From Candidatus Atabeyarchaeum deiterrae (GTDB lineage Archaea; Asgardarchaeota; Atabeyarchaeia; Atabeyarchaeales; Atabeyarchaeaceae), in assembly GCA_037310415.1 (NCBI GenBank), contig CP147780.1:2016001-2080000 (forward strand): a stretch of 64,000 nucleotides of DNA. The letters run 5' to 3'. A model generated the notes under the pieces. That model made no database searches, was not told the DNA's origin, and worked only from the letters and a program-made list of their open reading frames with translations. Made by a program: the position numbers and the translations under genes. Shown here piece after piece: positions 55,241 to 64,000 of the stretch (positions within the stretch are counted from its first letter, which is position 1; each line of letters begins with the position of its first letter).

Positions 55241-56257
55241 ATGGTTAGGGTTCGTGATTGGCTTAGAGTGTTCAGAACCAGCACTTCGCCTTTGACAGTA
55301 GTGTGCGTTGAAGTGTTCTACTTGATTGCTGGAGGACCGTTCCTGTCACTTTTCAATCTGCTGTTAATTCTCTGGGCGATCTTGCTTCACTTCATGGCCT
55401 ATGGACATAATGCACTCATGGATACCGCCCGTGGACTTGACCAAGAGAATCCTCATATGAAGAAACAACCTCTCACTTCAGGCTCGATCGGGTTGAACAA
55501 CGCCCACAACGTTATCAACTGGCTAATGCTCATAGCTATCCTAGTGGGACTACTCATTGTTCTCGCCTCACCAGGACAACAAGTGCTTGCATTGACTTTC
55601 CTCATCGTCTACGTGGTCAGTGGACACGCCTACAATGATGGACTCGACAAGGCTACAGTTCTCAGCTTCATTCCTGCCACATTAAGCTTCACTTCCCTTT
55701 GTGCAGCAAGCTACTTCCTGTACGCAACAAGCGCCTCGCAACTGTTCATTCTCGCATTGGTCTATATCATCCTAACGCAGTTGTTCATGATAGGCTGGGA
55801 AGGTTACCTCAAAGATGTGACTTTCGGAAAGGAACCTAACCTCCTCAGATCGCTTGGTGTCAAAGTGGAGAAGAGCAGATTCAACATAAACATGAAGGGA
55901 AGAATCTTCGGTTACGGGCTTAGGATCGCCGCAATCGTCGTGATGTTCATAATTGGGTCTACCGTGTTAGTCCTGACCGTCAACGCTGTAAGCCAGCTTA
56001 TCGCTTTCACGTCAATTGCAGTCTTTGCCATAGTCGCCGTGTTTTCTATGCTGCTGATTGAGGGCAGAGATTACAGTTATGATCGTGACCTGATCTACAT
56101 CGTGGTTGAGGATTTTGCAAGCATAGCTTTATTGCCATTGGTGCTGGTGCAACAGATTGGAGCGATTCCAGTGATAAGCATAATCAGCTTCGCCATTATA
56201 TGGTTCATCATATTCAACGAGATCTCGTGGTCCTCACTTATCAAGACCGCATTTTAG
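55241..56257 (+). CDS. UbiA-family prenyltransferase
   Basis: Multi-TM; N..MD...LD....K.PL.SG.I, YN...K, LKD. Confidence 0.7.
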   Translation: MVRVRDWLRVFRTSTSPLTVVCVEVFYLIAGGPFLSLFNLLLILWAILLHFMAYGHNALMDTARGLDQENPHMKKQPLTSGSIGLNNAHNVINWLMLIAILVGLLIVLASPGQQVLALTFLIVYVVSGHAYNDGLDKATVLSFIPATLSFTSLCAASYFLYATSASQLFILALVYIILTQLFMIGWEGYLKDVTFGKEPNLLRSLGVKVEKSRFNINMKGRIFGYGLRIAAIVVMFIIGSTVLVLTVNAVSQLIAFTSIAVFAIVAVFSMLLIEGRDYSYDRDLIYIVVEDFASIALLPLVLVQQIGAIPVISIISFAIIWFIIFNEISWSSLIKTAF

Positions 56258-56421
56258 AACCAACAGTTCCCCTTTTTTCTATTTTCCTCATGAAACATGC
56301 AAGTTAGTTGTAGCGAGTGCTGTAATCTCGCATTTGGAAATGTAGTAGGTAACGTCCTGCTGGGATCATCAAAAAAAGGAGTAAAGGGCAGTGATGTTCC
56401 CTGAGTGAGGATCTTCACGCC

Positions 56422-57036
56422 TTACTTCAGAATTGCGTCAAGTCTTTTTCCGACTTCAGCCCAGTTAACGATGTTCCAGAATGCTTCAAGATACTTTGCT
56501 CGATCATTCTTGTAGTCTATGTAGTATGCGTGTTCAAACACATCGACAACCATTATGATCCTGAATGTGGGGACAACGTTGACATTGTGTTTCTCAATCT
56601 GCATGATAAATGGTCTCTTGCTTTCCCTGCAATATGCTACTGCTGCCCACCCAGAACCTTCAACGCTCGCTGCGGCTTGAGTGAACTCCTTCTTGAACCT
56701 GTCGAAGCTCCCAAATTCCTTCGTTAGGGTTTCCGCAAGAACTCCTGCTGGCTTGCCACTCTTTGCTGCAGGTGCCAGATTCTCCCAGAAGAGAGAGTGC
56801 ATTCTATGCCCTGCGGCGTTCCAGGATAAATCCTTGAGAGTGGCCTTCATGTCTAGATCGACATTCTCTTTTCGCGCCTTGTCCAATTTCTCAAATCCCG
56901 CATTTGCTCCATTAACGTATGCTTGGTGGTGTTTCTGATGGTGTATCGTCAACTGCGTTTCTGACATGTGAGGCTCTAAGTCTTTGTATCCGTACGGTAG
57001 TTTCGGCAAAACATACAACTTCGCTTTTTCTGCCAA
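56422..57036 (-). CDS. sod: Fe/Mn superoxide dismutase
   Basis: [36 protein letters not shown]. Confidence 0.95.
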   Translation of the reverse strand: MAEKAKLYVLPKLPYGYKDLEPHMSETQLTIHHQKHHQAYVNGANAGFEKLDKARKENVDLDMKATLKDLSWNAAGHRMHSLFWENLAPAAKSGKPAGVLAETLTKEFGSFDRFKKEFTQAAASVEGSGWAAVAYCRESKRPFIMQIEKHNVNVVPTFRIIMVVDVFEHAYYIDYKNDRAKYLEAFWNIVNWAEVGKRLDAILK

Positions 57037-57321
57037 AATTCCTTCAACCTCCTATTCGCACGCTAGTGCCTCTTGGCACAGCTTTTTTCACTTAGCCTTC
57101 TTCTAAGATTTTCCCTCTCTTCCTCATCAGATAACAAGAGAGTAGCAGTTCCGCTTTATTTGACTTTCTAGCTCAGGATTCTTAATTCTTTCCTAATATC
57201 GTCTGTTACTCTCATTCCATGTGACAAAAAGATTGTCCCACAATTGCATGTGGGACTTTGCTAGACATGTTGACCTTAAACGTTCAGACATGGTCCCCAT
57301 GACATTCTCTGCTTCTGAGTA

Positions 57322-57858
57322 CTATATTTCCTCGAGCAAAGTCGTGAAGGTATCATGGTGGTCTTCTTCTTGCTGCATTATTTCTCTGAATAGCCTGTTG
57401 GTTGTCTCGTCGCCCTCTTTTCGTGCCTTCTCAATGATTGTCCTGTAGAGTTTGATGGCACTTTCCTCGTCCTTGACATCTCTCTCAATCATTTCCTTAA
57501 GATTCTCTCCGACGAAAATAGGGTCTGGTTTCGTCGTCGGTTTTCCTCCGAGGTAAAAGAGTCTCTCGGCTATCATTTCCGCGTGCTTCATCTCTTGCTT
57601 TGCTATGTCTGACAGCTCATCTTTCACGGCGAATCCTTTTACCCCGCTCCATTGAACATGTTGCCACATGTACTGGATTGAGACTTGGACTTCAGCGGCT
57701 ATTCCCTTGTTCAGTAGATCCAATAGTTCTTTCGAAGCTTTTACTACACTTGCACTGTCTGGTGTACTCAAGTCTTTTGCCCTCCTATGATTTGTATACG
57801 GGCTTGACTCCGCTATACTAATTGCACTGCCATATTTATATCTTAGGTGTTTCAGCAT
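57322..57858 (-). CDS. Bacterioferritin/ferritin-like di-iron protein (true start probably near 57745)
   Basis: E..VSIQYM, EMKHAE..AER..YLGG.P, EEDH. Confidence 0.85.
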   Translation of the reverse strand: MLKHLRYKYGSAISIAESSPYTNHRRAKDLSTPDSASVVKASKELLDLLNKGIAAEVQVSIQYMWQHVQWSGVKGFAVKDELSDIAKQEMKHAEMIAERLFYLGGKPTTKPDPIFVGENLKEMIERDVKDEESAIKLYRTIIEKARKEGDETTNRLFREIMQQEEDHHDTFTTLLEEI

Positions 57859-58059
57859 TCATCAGTTCTTCTTAAACCACTACCTGTCAACTAATTATCG
57901 GCGGATCTTCTGCTGTAACCCTTTTAGGTTTGAAAAGATAGTTAGATGGTTTGTGACGGGAACTCCAGTCAGACGATCGGTCAAGTTCTTCATAGCAGAA
58001 CGTATACTAACACATTGTCTATTCTGGGCAGTCTATCATAGTCATGTCAAGGGTGAATT

Positions 58060-59421
58060 GTGGCCATGGACTTCATCCCGGTTGCTTCAATCGCTATTTT
58101 CTTGGCAACCTTGTTCCTCATGATAAAACGTCCAAAAGGCATCAATATAGGCGTGGCCGCCGGGATTGGGGCCATAGCTTCACTTCTACTTGGCACAGTG
58201 ACATTGGGCGACACGATTGTGGCTTTCGGTAGCATATGGGACGCTGCATTAGCTTTTGTTGGCATAGTAACATTGTCTGTCACGCTGGATACCATGGGGT
58301 TTTTCAATTGGGCAGCTTTAAGAATTGCGAAGTTGGCTCGTGGGAATGGAGTTAAGCTTTACCTTTACATTGCTTTGCTCACCGCGGCCGTTAGCATACT
58401 TTTCGCCAATGACAGTGCAGTCCTGATATTGACACCCATCGTCATGGAGGTAGTCCGCCAGCTGAAAATGACTAGGAGCAGCAGGCTTGCCTACCTTTTT
58501 GGTGCTGGTCTTATTGCTGACACCGCGGCAATGCCACTTATCACAAGTAACCCAGTTAACATAGTAAGCGCCGACTTCTTCGGTTATACCTTCATAGACC
58601 ATCTTGTCTTCATGGGACTGATAACGATTGTCGTCGTCGCTCTAAGCATCTTTGTGATATACCTCTTCTTCAGAAAGAAGATACCAAAGACTTACTCAAC
58701 GGAATTGGTAGATGTTCTAGTTAGACACGGTCACAAACCAATGTGGCTCAAGACTAGCATAGTTACACTTGTTGCTATAGATGTGGGCTATGTCGTAGCT
58801 TCGTTCAATAGGATACCGGTCTCCTTTGTAATCTGCGCTGGTGCCCTTTTCCTTTTTGTGCTGTACGCTGCAACCTATAGGAGGGAAGCAGTGTACAAGG
58901 AGGAGAGGATGGGTTCGCTATACGTTCTAAGAAAGGTCAACTGGGACATCCTGTTCTTCATGATCGCGATTTTTCTTGTTGTTCAGGGGTTGAGACATGC
59001 TGGTGCAATTGACTTCTTTGCAGCTCTATTTGTCAGTAGCCTGTCTTTGCCTTCTGTGTTCTCAATACTTGCTCCTAGTCTCATTGTGACCGTTAGCGCA
59101 AGTGTAATGAACAATTGGCCGATGACAATGCTTGGCCTCCTTTCAATAAGGCAGGCAATGACCTCTTACGGTTTGAGCCCACAATCGAGCACGAGTTTGG
59201 TATTCGCAAACATAATAGGGAATAATCTTGGACCCCACTTCTTCCCCCTTGGATCCTTGGCGATTCTGATGTGGTTTGGCACCATGAAAAGAAAGGGTAT
59301 GACGATAGGGCTAAAGGACTACCTTAGGGTCGGCTCCATACTCTCCATCCTGCAGGTTGTGGCTGCTTCTCTCATCTTGTGGCTTGAGCAAGCTTATCTC
59401 GGCCTGACTCTTTCCATTTGA
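58060..59421 (+). CDS. arsB: ArsB-family arsenite/anion permease
   Basis: FANDSAVLILTPIV, SNPVNIV, MNNWP, GSLA.LMW. Confidence 0.85.
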   Translation: MAMDFIPVASIAIFLATLFLMIKRPKGINIGVAAGIGAIASLLLGTVTLGDTIVAFGSIWDAALAFVGIVTLSVTLDTMGFFNWAALRIAKLARGNGVKLYLYIALLTAAVSILFANDSAVLILTPIVMEVVRQLKMTRSSRLAYLFGAGLIADTAAMPLITSNPVNIVSADFFGYTFIDHLVFMGLITIVVVALSIFVIYLFFRKKIPKTYSTELVDVLVRHGHKPMWLKTSIVTLVAIDVGYVVASFNRIPVSFVICAGALFLFVLYAATYRREAVYKEERMGSLYVLRKVNWDILFFMIAIFLVVQGLRHAGAIDFFAALFVSSLSLPSVFSILAPSLIVTVSASVMNNWPMTMLGLLSIRQAMTSYGLSPQSSTSLVFANIIGNNLGPHFFPLGSLAILMWFGTMKRKGMTIGLKDYLRVGSILSILQVVAASLILWLEQAYLGLTLSI

Positions 59422-59503
59422 GCGTAGTTCCGCAGTCCAGTCAGAACTCTATTTCAGGATAGAAAATAAGATGGGAACAAACATCGACAAAGATGAAAGC
59501 TCG

Positions 59504-60616
59504 TCACATTTTTCGTTCGGGCAAGAAGTTGGACAAGCTTTCTTGCGCTTCTTTTCTCTTGCCCAGCGCGGACAGTCTCACCCCGACTCTTCTGATCTGC
59601 TTTTCCCCCTCTTTCAGAAACCTCATAAGAAGATCCTTTACTGTATCCTTGACGACTTGCAGTTGGTTCGTGGGGCTCTCAAAGGTTCTTGAGCGGCTGT
59701 GAGCGATTAGATCCACCATGATCAAAACAATGCCAACCGACTTGAATGTCAGTCCGCGCTCCGACAACCTTGCATGTACTTCTTCACATAGTTGGTTCGC
59801 TTTTTCGAGAATAGTGTTCAGATCATGGGTGTCTTCACTTAGAGTAGAGATCCGGCTTATCGATTCCAATTCTCCCCTTTCCTGAACAGGAGACTCGTCT
59901 ATTCCAAGTGCTGCGTTGCGGTAATATGATCCGAGGTTCTTGCCGAATACTTGGACGAGCGTTTGGACATCATACTTCGCTAGGTCGCTGATCGTTTTGA
60001 TGCCCATGCTTTCCAGTTTCCTATTTGTTTTGCTTCCGATCCCGATGATGCGGTCAACTGGCATGGGAGACAAGAAAATCTCCACGTTACGAGGTTCGAC
60101 TGACGTTAAGCCATCAGGTTTATCAACATCAGAGGCAATCTTCGCTATCAGCTTGTTCGGGCCAATTCCAACAGAACAGGTTATTCCTTCCTGCGCTTTC
60201 ACATCCTCTTTGATCATTCGCGCAAGCTGCCTCGCATCCTCGAAGCTTCCCTTGCTTCGCCGGCTCACCTCCAAGTACGCCTCGTCTATTCCAACTTGCT
60301 CGAAGCTGTCAGCGTAACTTCTGAGAATGTTCATTGTTCTCCCAGAAACTTCCTCGTAGTAGTTGCGATCTACGGGCAGAAACACTGCGTTAGGAACATT
60401 CGTCAATCTTCTCTTTGCAAATGCTATGGGGATCCCCGACTTGACACCGTATTCTCTCGCCACGTAGTTCGCTGTTGCCACAGCACCACTATCTTCACTT
60501 CGCCCTGAATATACGCAAACGACAACCGGCTTGTCTTTGATGGAAGGGTTCCTTATCTCCTCAGCTTGGGCGTAAAAGTAGTCCAAGTCCACCAGCATCA
60601 CGATTCTGTCCGTCAA
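59504..60616 (-). CDS. dinB: DNA polymerase IV (Y family)
   Basis: VDLDYFYAQ, ATANYVAR.YGV.SG.P, GIDEAYL, CSVGIGPNKLIAKIASD..KPDG. Confidence 0.95.
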   Translation of the reverse strand: MTDRIVMLVDLDYFYAQAEEIRNPSIKDKPVVVCVYSGRSEDSGAVATANYVAREYGVKSGIPIAFAKRRLTNVPNAVFLPVDRNYYEEVSGRTMNILRSYADSFEQVGIDEAYLEVSRRSKGSFEDARQLARMIKEDVKAQEGITCSVGIGPNKLIAKIASDVDKPDGLTSVEPRNVEIFLSPMPVDRIIGIGSKTNRKLESMGIKTISDLAKYDVQTLVQVFGKNLGSYYRNAALGIDESPVQERGELESISRISTLSEDTHDLNTILEKANQLCEEVHARLSERGLTFKSVGIVLIMVDLIAHSRSRTFESPTNQLQVVKDTVKDLLMRFLKEGEKQIRRVGVRLSALGKRKEAQESLSNFLPERKM

Positions 60617-60671
60617 GAGGAGTTACCTGACCCATAGGACGGCGTTCCGGAACATAGCGATAGTACCACTC

Positions 60672-61754
60672 TCAGATTTCAACTGCGGAGAATGTGAGGA
60701 GTTCAATGAGTCTTTCGAGGTCTCGGCGATGACACATCTCGACAGGGGAGTGCATATACCTAATCGGGATCGTGATCGGAACCATCGGAACACCTTTCTC
60801 GTGGAATGCTAGTCCGTCAGTCATTCCGCCAGTTGGCCCAGCTCCCAAAGGGATCTCATGCTTCTTAGCTATTTTCCTAACCCGTTCAACTAGCTTCGGG
60901 TTGGCAGTAGTGCCATTATCGACGATTCGAAGCACAGGTCCTTCCCCAAGTCTCGCTGGGGCCAAGTAGAACTGCGTCATTGGAGCGTCTCCGCAAGGAT
61001 ATGAATCGACTACAATTACCTTGTCAGCCCGTATCGTGCTGGCAATAGCCCTTGCTCCTGTCAGTCCTGTCTCTTCTTGAACACTCCATACGAATGTCAA
61101 TTTTCTTTCTAATCCGGTGCGGTACAGTTTTCGCAGAACCTCAAGCAACGCCAAGCATCCGAACCGATCGTCGATGCTTCTGCAGCAGAAGTAGTCACCG
61201 TTTATTATCTTGAACTCTTTCTTGAGCGTAACTTGGTCGAGCATTCCTACCCCTAGTTTAAGAGTTTCTTCCCTCGATCTGGTTCCGAGATCCAGGGAGA
61301 GTTCGTGCCATTGGGGAACCCTCCTTGTTGATTCAGGATCGATTGTCAGGTGTGGAGGTGGTAGTCCTATCACTCCCTCGATAACCTTATCTTTGGTGTG
61401 CACCTGGAGTGTTTTCCCTGGCAGGTATCTGTCATCGAAGGATCCGACTTTCCTGAGTTTGACGTATCCGTTTTCCTCGATGTTGGAAACTAAGTAGCCT
61501 AGTTCATCCATATGTGCAATCAGTATGATACTTTCGTTGCCCAGGCCGATTGACGCTATCAGGTTTCCTACTGCGTCGACTCTCGAATCGACTTCTTCTG
61601 GAATGAGTTCTTGGATCTTTCCTCTGACTCCTGCTTCAAAACCTGATACACCGATAGCCTCAACCAGTGATTTCAGTGTTTTCTCCAGATGATTGTCTGG
61701 AGATGCGTTTTCACGTTCGTCGCCACTACCATCTTCATAGGAGCGATTTACCAT
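60672..61754 (-). CDS. M42 (TET) aminopeptidase
   Basis: GVSGFE, AHMDELG, DDRFG, VQEETGL.GA, RYMHSPVE. Confidence 0.92.
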   Translation of the reverse strand: MVNRSYEDGSGDERENASPDNHLEKTLKSLVEAIGVSGFEAGVRGKIQELIPEEVDSRVDAVGNLIASIGLGNESIILIAHMDELGYLVSNIEENGYVKLRKVGSFDDRYLPGKTLQVHTKDKVIEGVIGLPPPHLTIDPESTRRVPQWHELSLDLGTRSREETLKLGVGMLDQVTLKKEFKIINGDYFCCRSIDDRFGCLALLEVLRKLYRTGLERKLTFVWSVQEETGLTGARAIASTIRADKVIVVDSYPCGDAPMTQFYLAPARLGEGPVLRIVDNGTTANPKLVERVRKIAKKHEIPLGAGPTGGMTDGLAFHEKGVPMVPITIPIRYMHSPVEMCHRRDLERLIELLTFSAVEI

Positions 61755-61900
61755 GTTCAACCCTCGACCAAGTAAGCTGAATGCTGACGATGTATTTGAA
61801 ACACAACACATATAACGTTGATGTTTGGATTCAACATATATTTGGCTCCAACCAGCATACTGAAAGGATCGTGTAGGCGCTCTGGGGGTCCAATATTAGG

Positions 61901-62239
61901 TTGCCTAAATGTCCCATATGCAATAAGCAGTTTGAATGGCAAGGTAGACACCCATACATGGAGCACATCAAAATCGAGCACCATGAGCTCTGGTTGAAGT
62001 CAAGACGACTCAGAAGATTGGCAACTTCGAGCTTGATCATCTCCCTAATCTTGACAATTCTTCTATCCACAGTATTCTATTACCCCGATGCGGTTGGCTA
62101 TAGTGTGATGGGTCTTGCAACGCTTTTCCTCGCGTTCTCAGCGGCGCTTACGCTGAGAGACAGAAGCCTGCCCAAGAAATTCAGGAAAGATCTGAAGCGG
62201 AAGAGCAAAGACATAAGAACAACTCAATCAAAGAAATGA
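61901..62239 (+). CDS. C2H2 Zn-finger + two-TM small protein
   Basis: CPICNKQF...EH...HH, then two hydrophobic helices. Confidence 0.6.
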   Translation: MPKCPICNKQFEWQGRHPYMEHIKIEHHELWLKSRRLRRLATSSLIISLILTILLSTVFYYPDAVGYSVMGLATLFLAFSAALTLRDRSLPKKFRKDLKRKSKDIRTTQSKK

Positions 62240-63040
62240 TTATCGCCTATAGGTCCACTCTTCAGACTCGTATTTGGCTTTCAGTTCTTTGGCTTTGCCT
62301 TGCTCAAAACAGGTTAGCTCACTCTGTTTGAGTTTGATTTTCAGCGACTTCCTGAAACCTTCAAGCAGAGCTCTCTGAATAAGTTCCATATTCCTCACTG
62401 TTTCAACCTTCCTTAGGTCATCTTCACCAAGTTCACGTCTCAATGTTGTCACCTTGGCATGAACGAGGTGTTTGGGCAGTTTGAGGACCTCAGCCATGAG
62501 ATTCAGGTCGCAATCCAAAAGTAGCGTACCATGCTGAAGTATTACACCTTTCTTCCTAGCTTGGGCGTTTCCGCTGATCTTCTTTCCAGCTATTACCATG
62601 TTTGGACATAGTCCTGGATGCCCAGCCTCAAAACATGCCTGTAATCCAAAACCACTTGGGACGCTGATGAGCGCATTGCACAGCTTCTTGTATACCTCAA
62701 TTGGATCATTTGGTAGCGCCGGATCGCGTTGAGTGACGACGACGCTGTAGGTGACTTCGTTCTGTGAGTGATAGACGGCTCCACCTCCGCTTATTCTTCG
62801 AACAATATCTATTCCATAACGTTTGCAGGCTTCGATATTGACGACTTCTTCGATCCTCTGGAAATACCCGACGGACACAGCTGACGGTTTCCATTGATAC
62901 AAACGTACAGTGTTCGGTATCAGACCCTTAGCACGGGCTATGAGAATTGCCTCATCTGTGGCCATGTTGCTTGCTCCGGTGCAGGTTGCCATCTCCAAGA
63001 ATCTCCAGTCGTCATCGGTGGGCAACAAGTCAACCCCCAT
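62240..63040 (-). CDS. Lipoate-protein ligase A/LipM family
   Basis: NMATDEA, RRISGGGAVYH, KKISGNAQ, LQHGTLL. Confidence 0.92.
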   Translation of the reverse strand: MGVDLLPTDDDWRFLEMATCTGASNMATDEAILIARAKGLIPNTVRLYQWKPSAVSVGYFQRIEEVVNIEACKRYGIDIVRRISGGGAVYHSQNEVTYSVVVTQRDPALPNDPIEVYKKLCNALISVPSGFGLQACFEAGHPGLCPNMVIAGKKISGNAQARKKGVILQHGTLLLDCDLNLMAEVLKLPKHLVHAKVTTLRRELGEDDLRKVETVRNMELIQRALLEGFRKSLKIKLKQSELTCFEQGKAKELKAKYESEEWTYRR

Positions 63041-63273
63041 CGTAAACACGGACCTTTTCGAATCTTCGAGAATGCATCTGCCTCGGAGGACAATGAAGAT
63101 CAGGGACAGGAAGATCATCAACCGAGAAATGCAGTTAAAAGTTCTGCTTCCCGTGCTGAGATTAGGGCCACAACGAAAGCTCCCAACATGAAAGAAGTTT
63201 ATTAGGACGAAGTCGCCTCAATGTTAATCGCCCTACAGTCATATTTGTCTCGCGAGTAGGTGAAAAAGGAACC

Positions 63274-63699
63274 TTGAGCGAGCTCAGTTTGCTGGAAAGG
63301 TTGGATGAAGAGGATCTAAACCTCATCATCATGTCAAAGAGAGGTCTCCTCTACTCAAGTAGAGATCGTGGCATCAATCCTCTGATCGACGCAATCGATT
63401 CACTTGGAATCAGAAAACTCCAAGACAGCACCGTCGTTGATAGGATAATAGGCAAGGCATCAGCACTACTCATCTGCCATTTCAATGCCAAGAACGCGCT
63501 TGCCAAGTTGATGAGTGCCAAAGGGGCCGATGTATTGAAAGAGAAAGGAATCGGCTACTATGCTGAGGCATCAACACGTGACATAAAGGACAAGACTAAG
63601 ACGGACATCTGTCCTTTCGAGAAAATCGTTTTGCAGGTTAACAGTCCGTCGGAAGCATACAAACTGCTCAAAGAAGCGGGCTCGAACAGATTGAAATAG
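63274..63699 (+). CDS. DUF1893 (TM1506-like) protein
   Basis: RGINPL, VDRIIGKASA, CPFE. Confidence 0.8.
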   Translation: MSELSLLERLDEEDLNLIIMSKRGLLYSSRDRGINPLIDAIDSLGIRKLQDSTVVDRIIGKASALLICHFNAKNALAKLMSAKGADVLKEKGIGYYAEASTRDIKDKTKTDICPFEKIVLQVNSPSEAYKLLKEAGSNRLK

Positions 63700-63761
63700 C
63701 ATAGAAAACTTGGTTTTCCACAGGACATAGAGTAAGAATAAGTGGGGTGTGGCATAGCAGT

Positions 63762-63998
63762 TTAGATGCTGCGCACAGGATCTGTCGCAGCTACCTGCTG
63801 GGTCGATTTCTCGTTGCCCAGTTCGTCGAGTTTCTTATTTACCAGACCCACGACGTCTTCAAATGTCTTGAATGTACCGCAAGCTATCTTGTTTGATCTG
63901 CAGAAATCGAGCAGGTAGCTCTTTGCTATTATATAGTCGGCCTGCTTTGCAGCGCACATGTCGCTGTAACCATCGCCAACATAGATAACGTAGTAGCC
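63762..63998 (-). CDS. 3' end of an MtnX-like HAD-IB phosphatase (partial)
   Basis: YVGDGYSDMCAA..AD.I.AK; frame runs off the window end. Confidence 0.75.
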   Translation of the reverse strand, partial: GYYVIYVGDGYSDMCAAKQADYIIAKSYLLDFCRSNKIACGTFKTFEDVVGLVNKKLDELGNEKSTQQVAATDPVRSI

Positions 63999-64000
63999 TT

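Overview
Archaeal chromosome segment, most likely from an Asgard archaeon. That assignment is inferred from longin-like, uDENN-type longin, arrestin-fold and ESCRT-II Vps22/36-like genes; the lineage cannot be resolved from this window. (1) 1-8.2 kb: the right part of an integrase-less provirus. It has a membrane-protein-rich structural operon, a CPBP protease, a pI/Zot-like ATPase, a Rep_trans-type rolling-circle Rep, an HNH protein, origin-like hairpins and a repeated TGTATACA operator, and it ends exactly at a dif-like 11-6-11 site (8166-8193). (2) 8.2-23.7 kb: a defence island with an unknown Zn-finger + membrane gene pair, a Zn-ribbon-TOPRIM gene, McrBC, an orphan single-TRD HsdS, a type I R-M system and a HEPN-like gene. 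It ends in a Xer-family recombinase whose promoter contains a second dif-like site (23652-23679). (3) 23.8-37.5 kb: a decaying accessory zone with three TA pairs, gene fragments, two atypical tnpB elements around a GC-rich thiI, and paralogous surface proteins. (4) 38-64 kb: signalling and metabolic genes, including arrestin, two longin pairs, a KaiC-like ATPase, a linalool dehydratase-isomerase homologue with an ECF S-component, an M23 peptidase, SOD, ferritin-like, ArsB, DinB, M42 and LplA. The best candidate for a new system is Xer/dif-mediated (IMEX-like) stacking of a rolling-circle virus and a defence island in an archaeon. The second is a DENN-type longin pair + KaiC-like ATPase module beside an amino-acid permease. 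No tRNA, rRNA or CRISPR array was recognised. All family calls are by eye from motifs; no searches were run.
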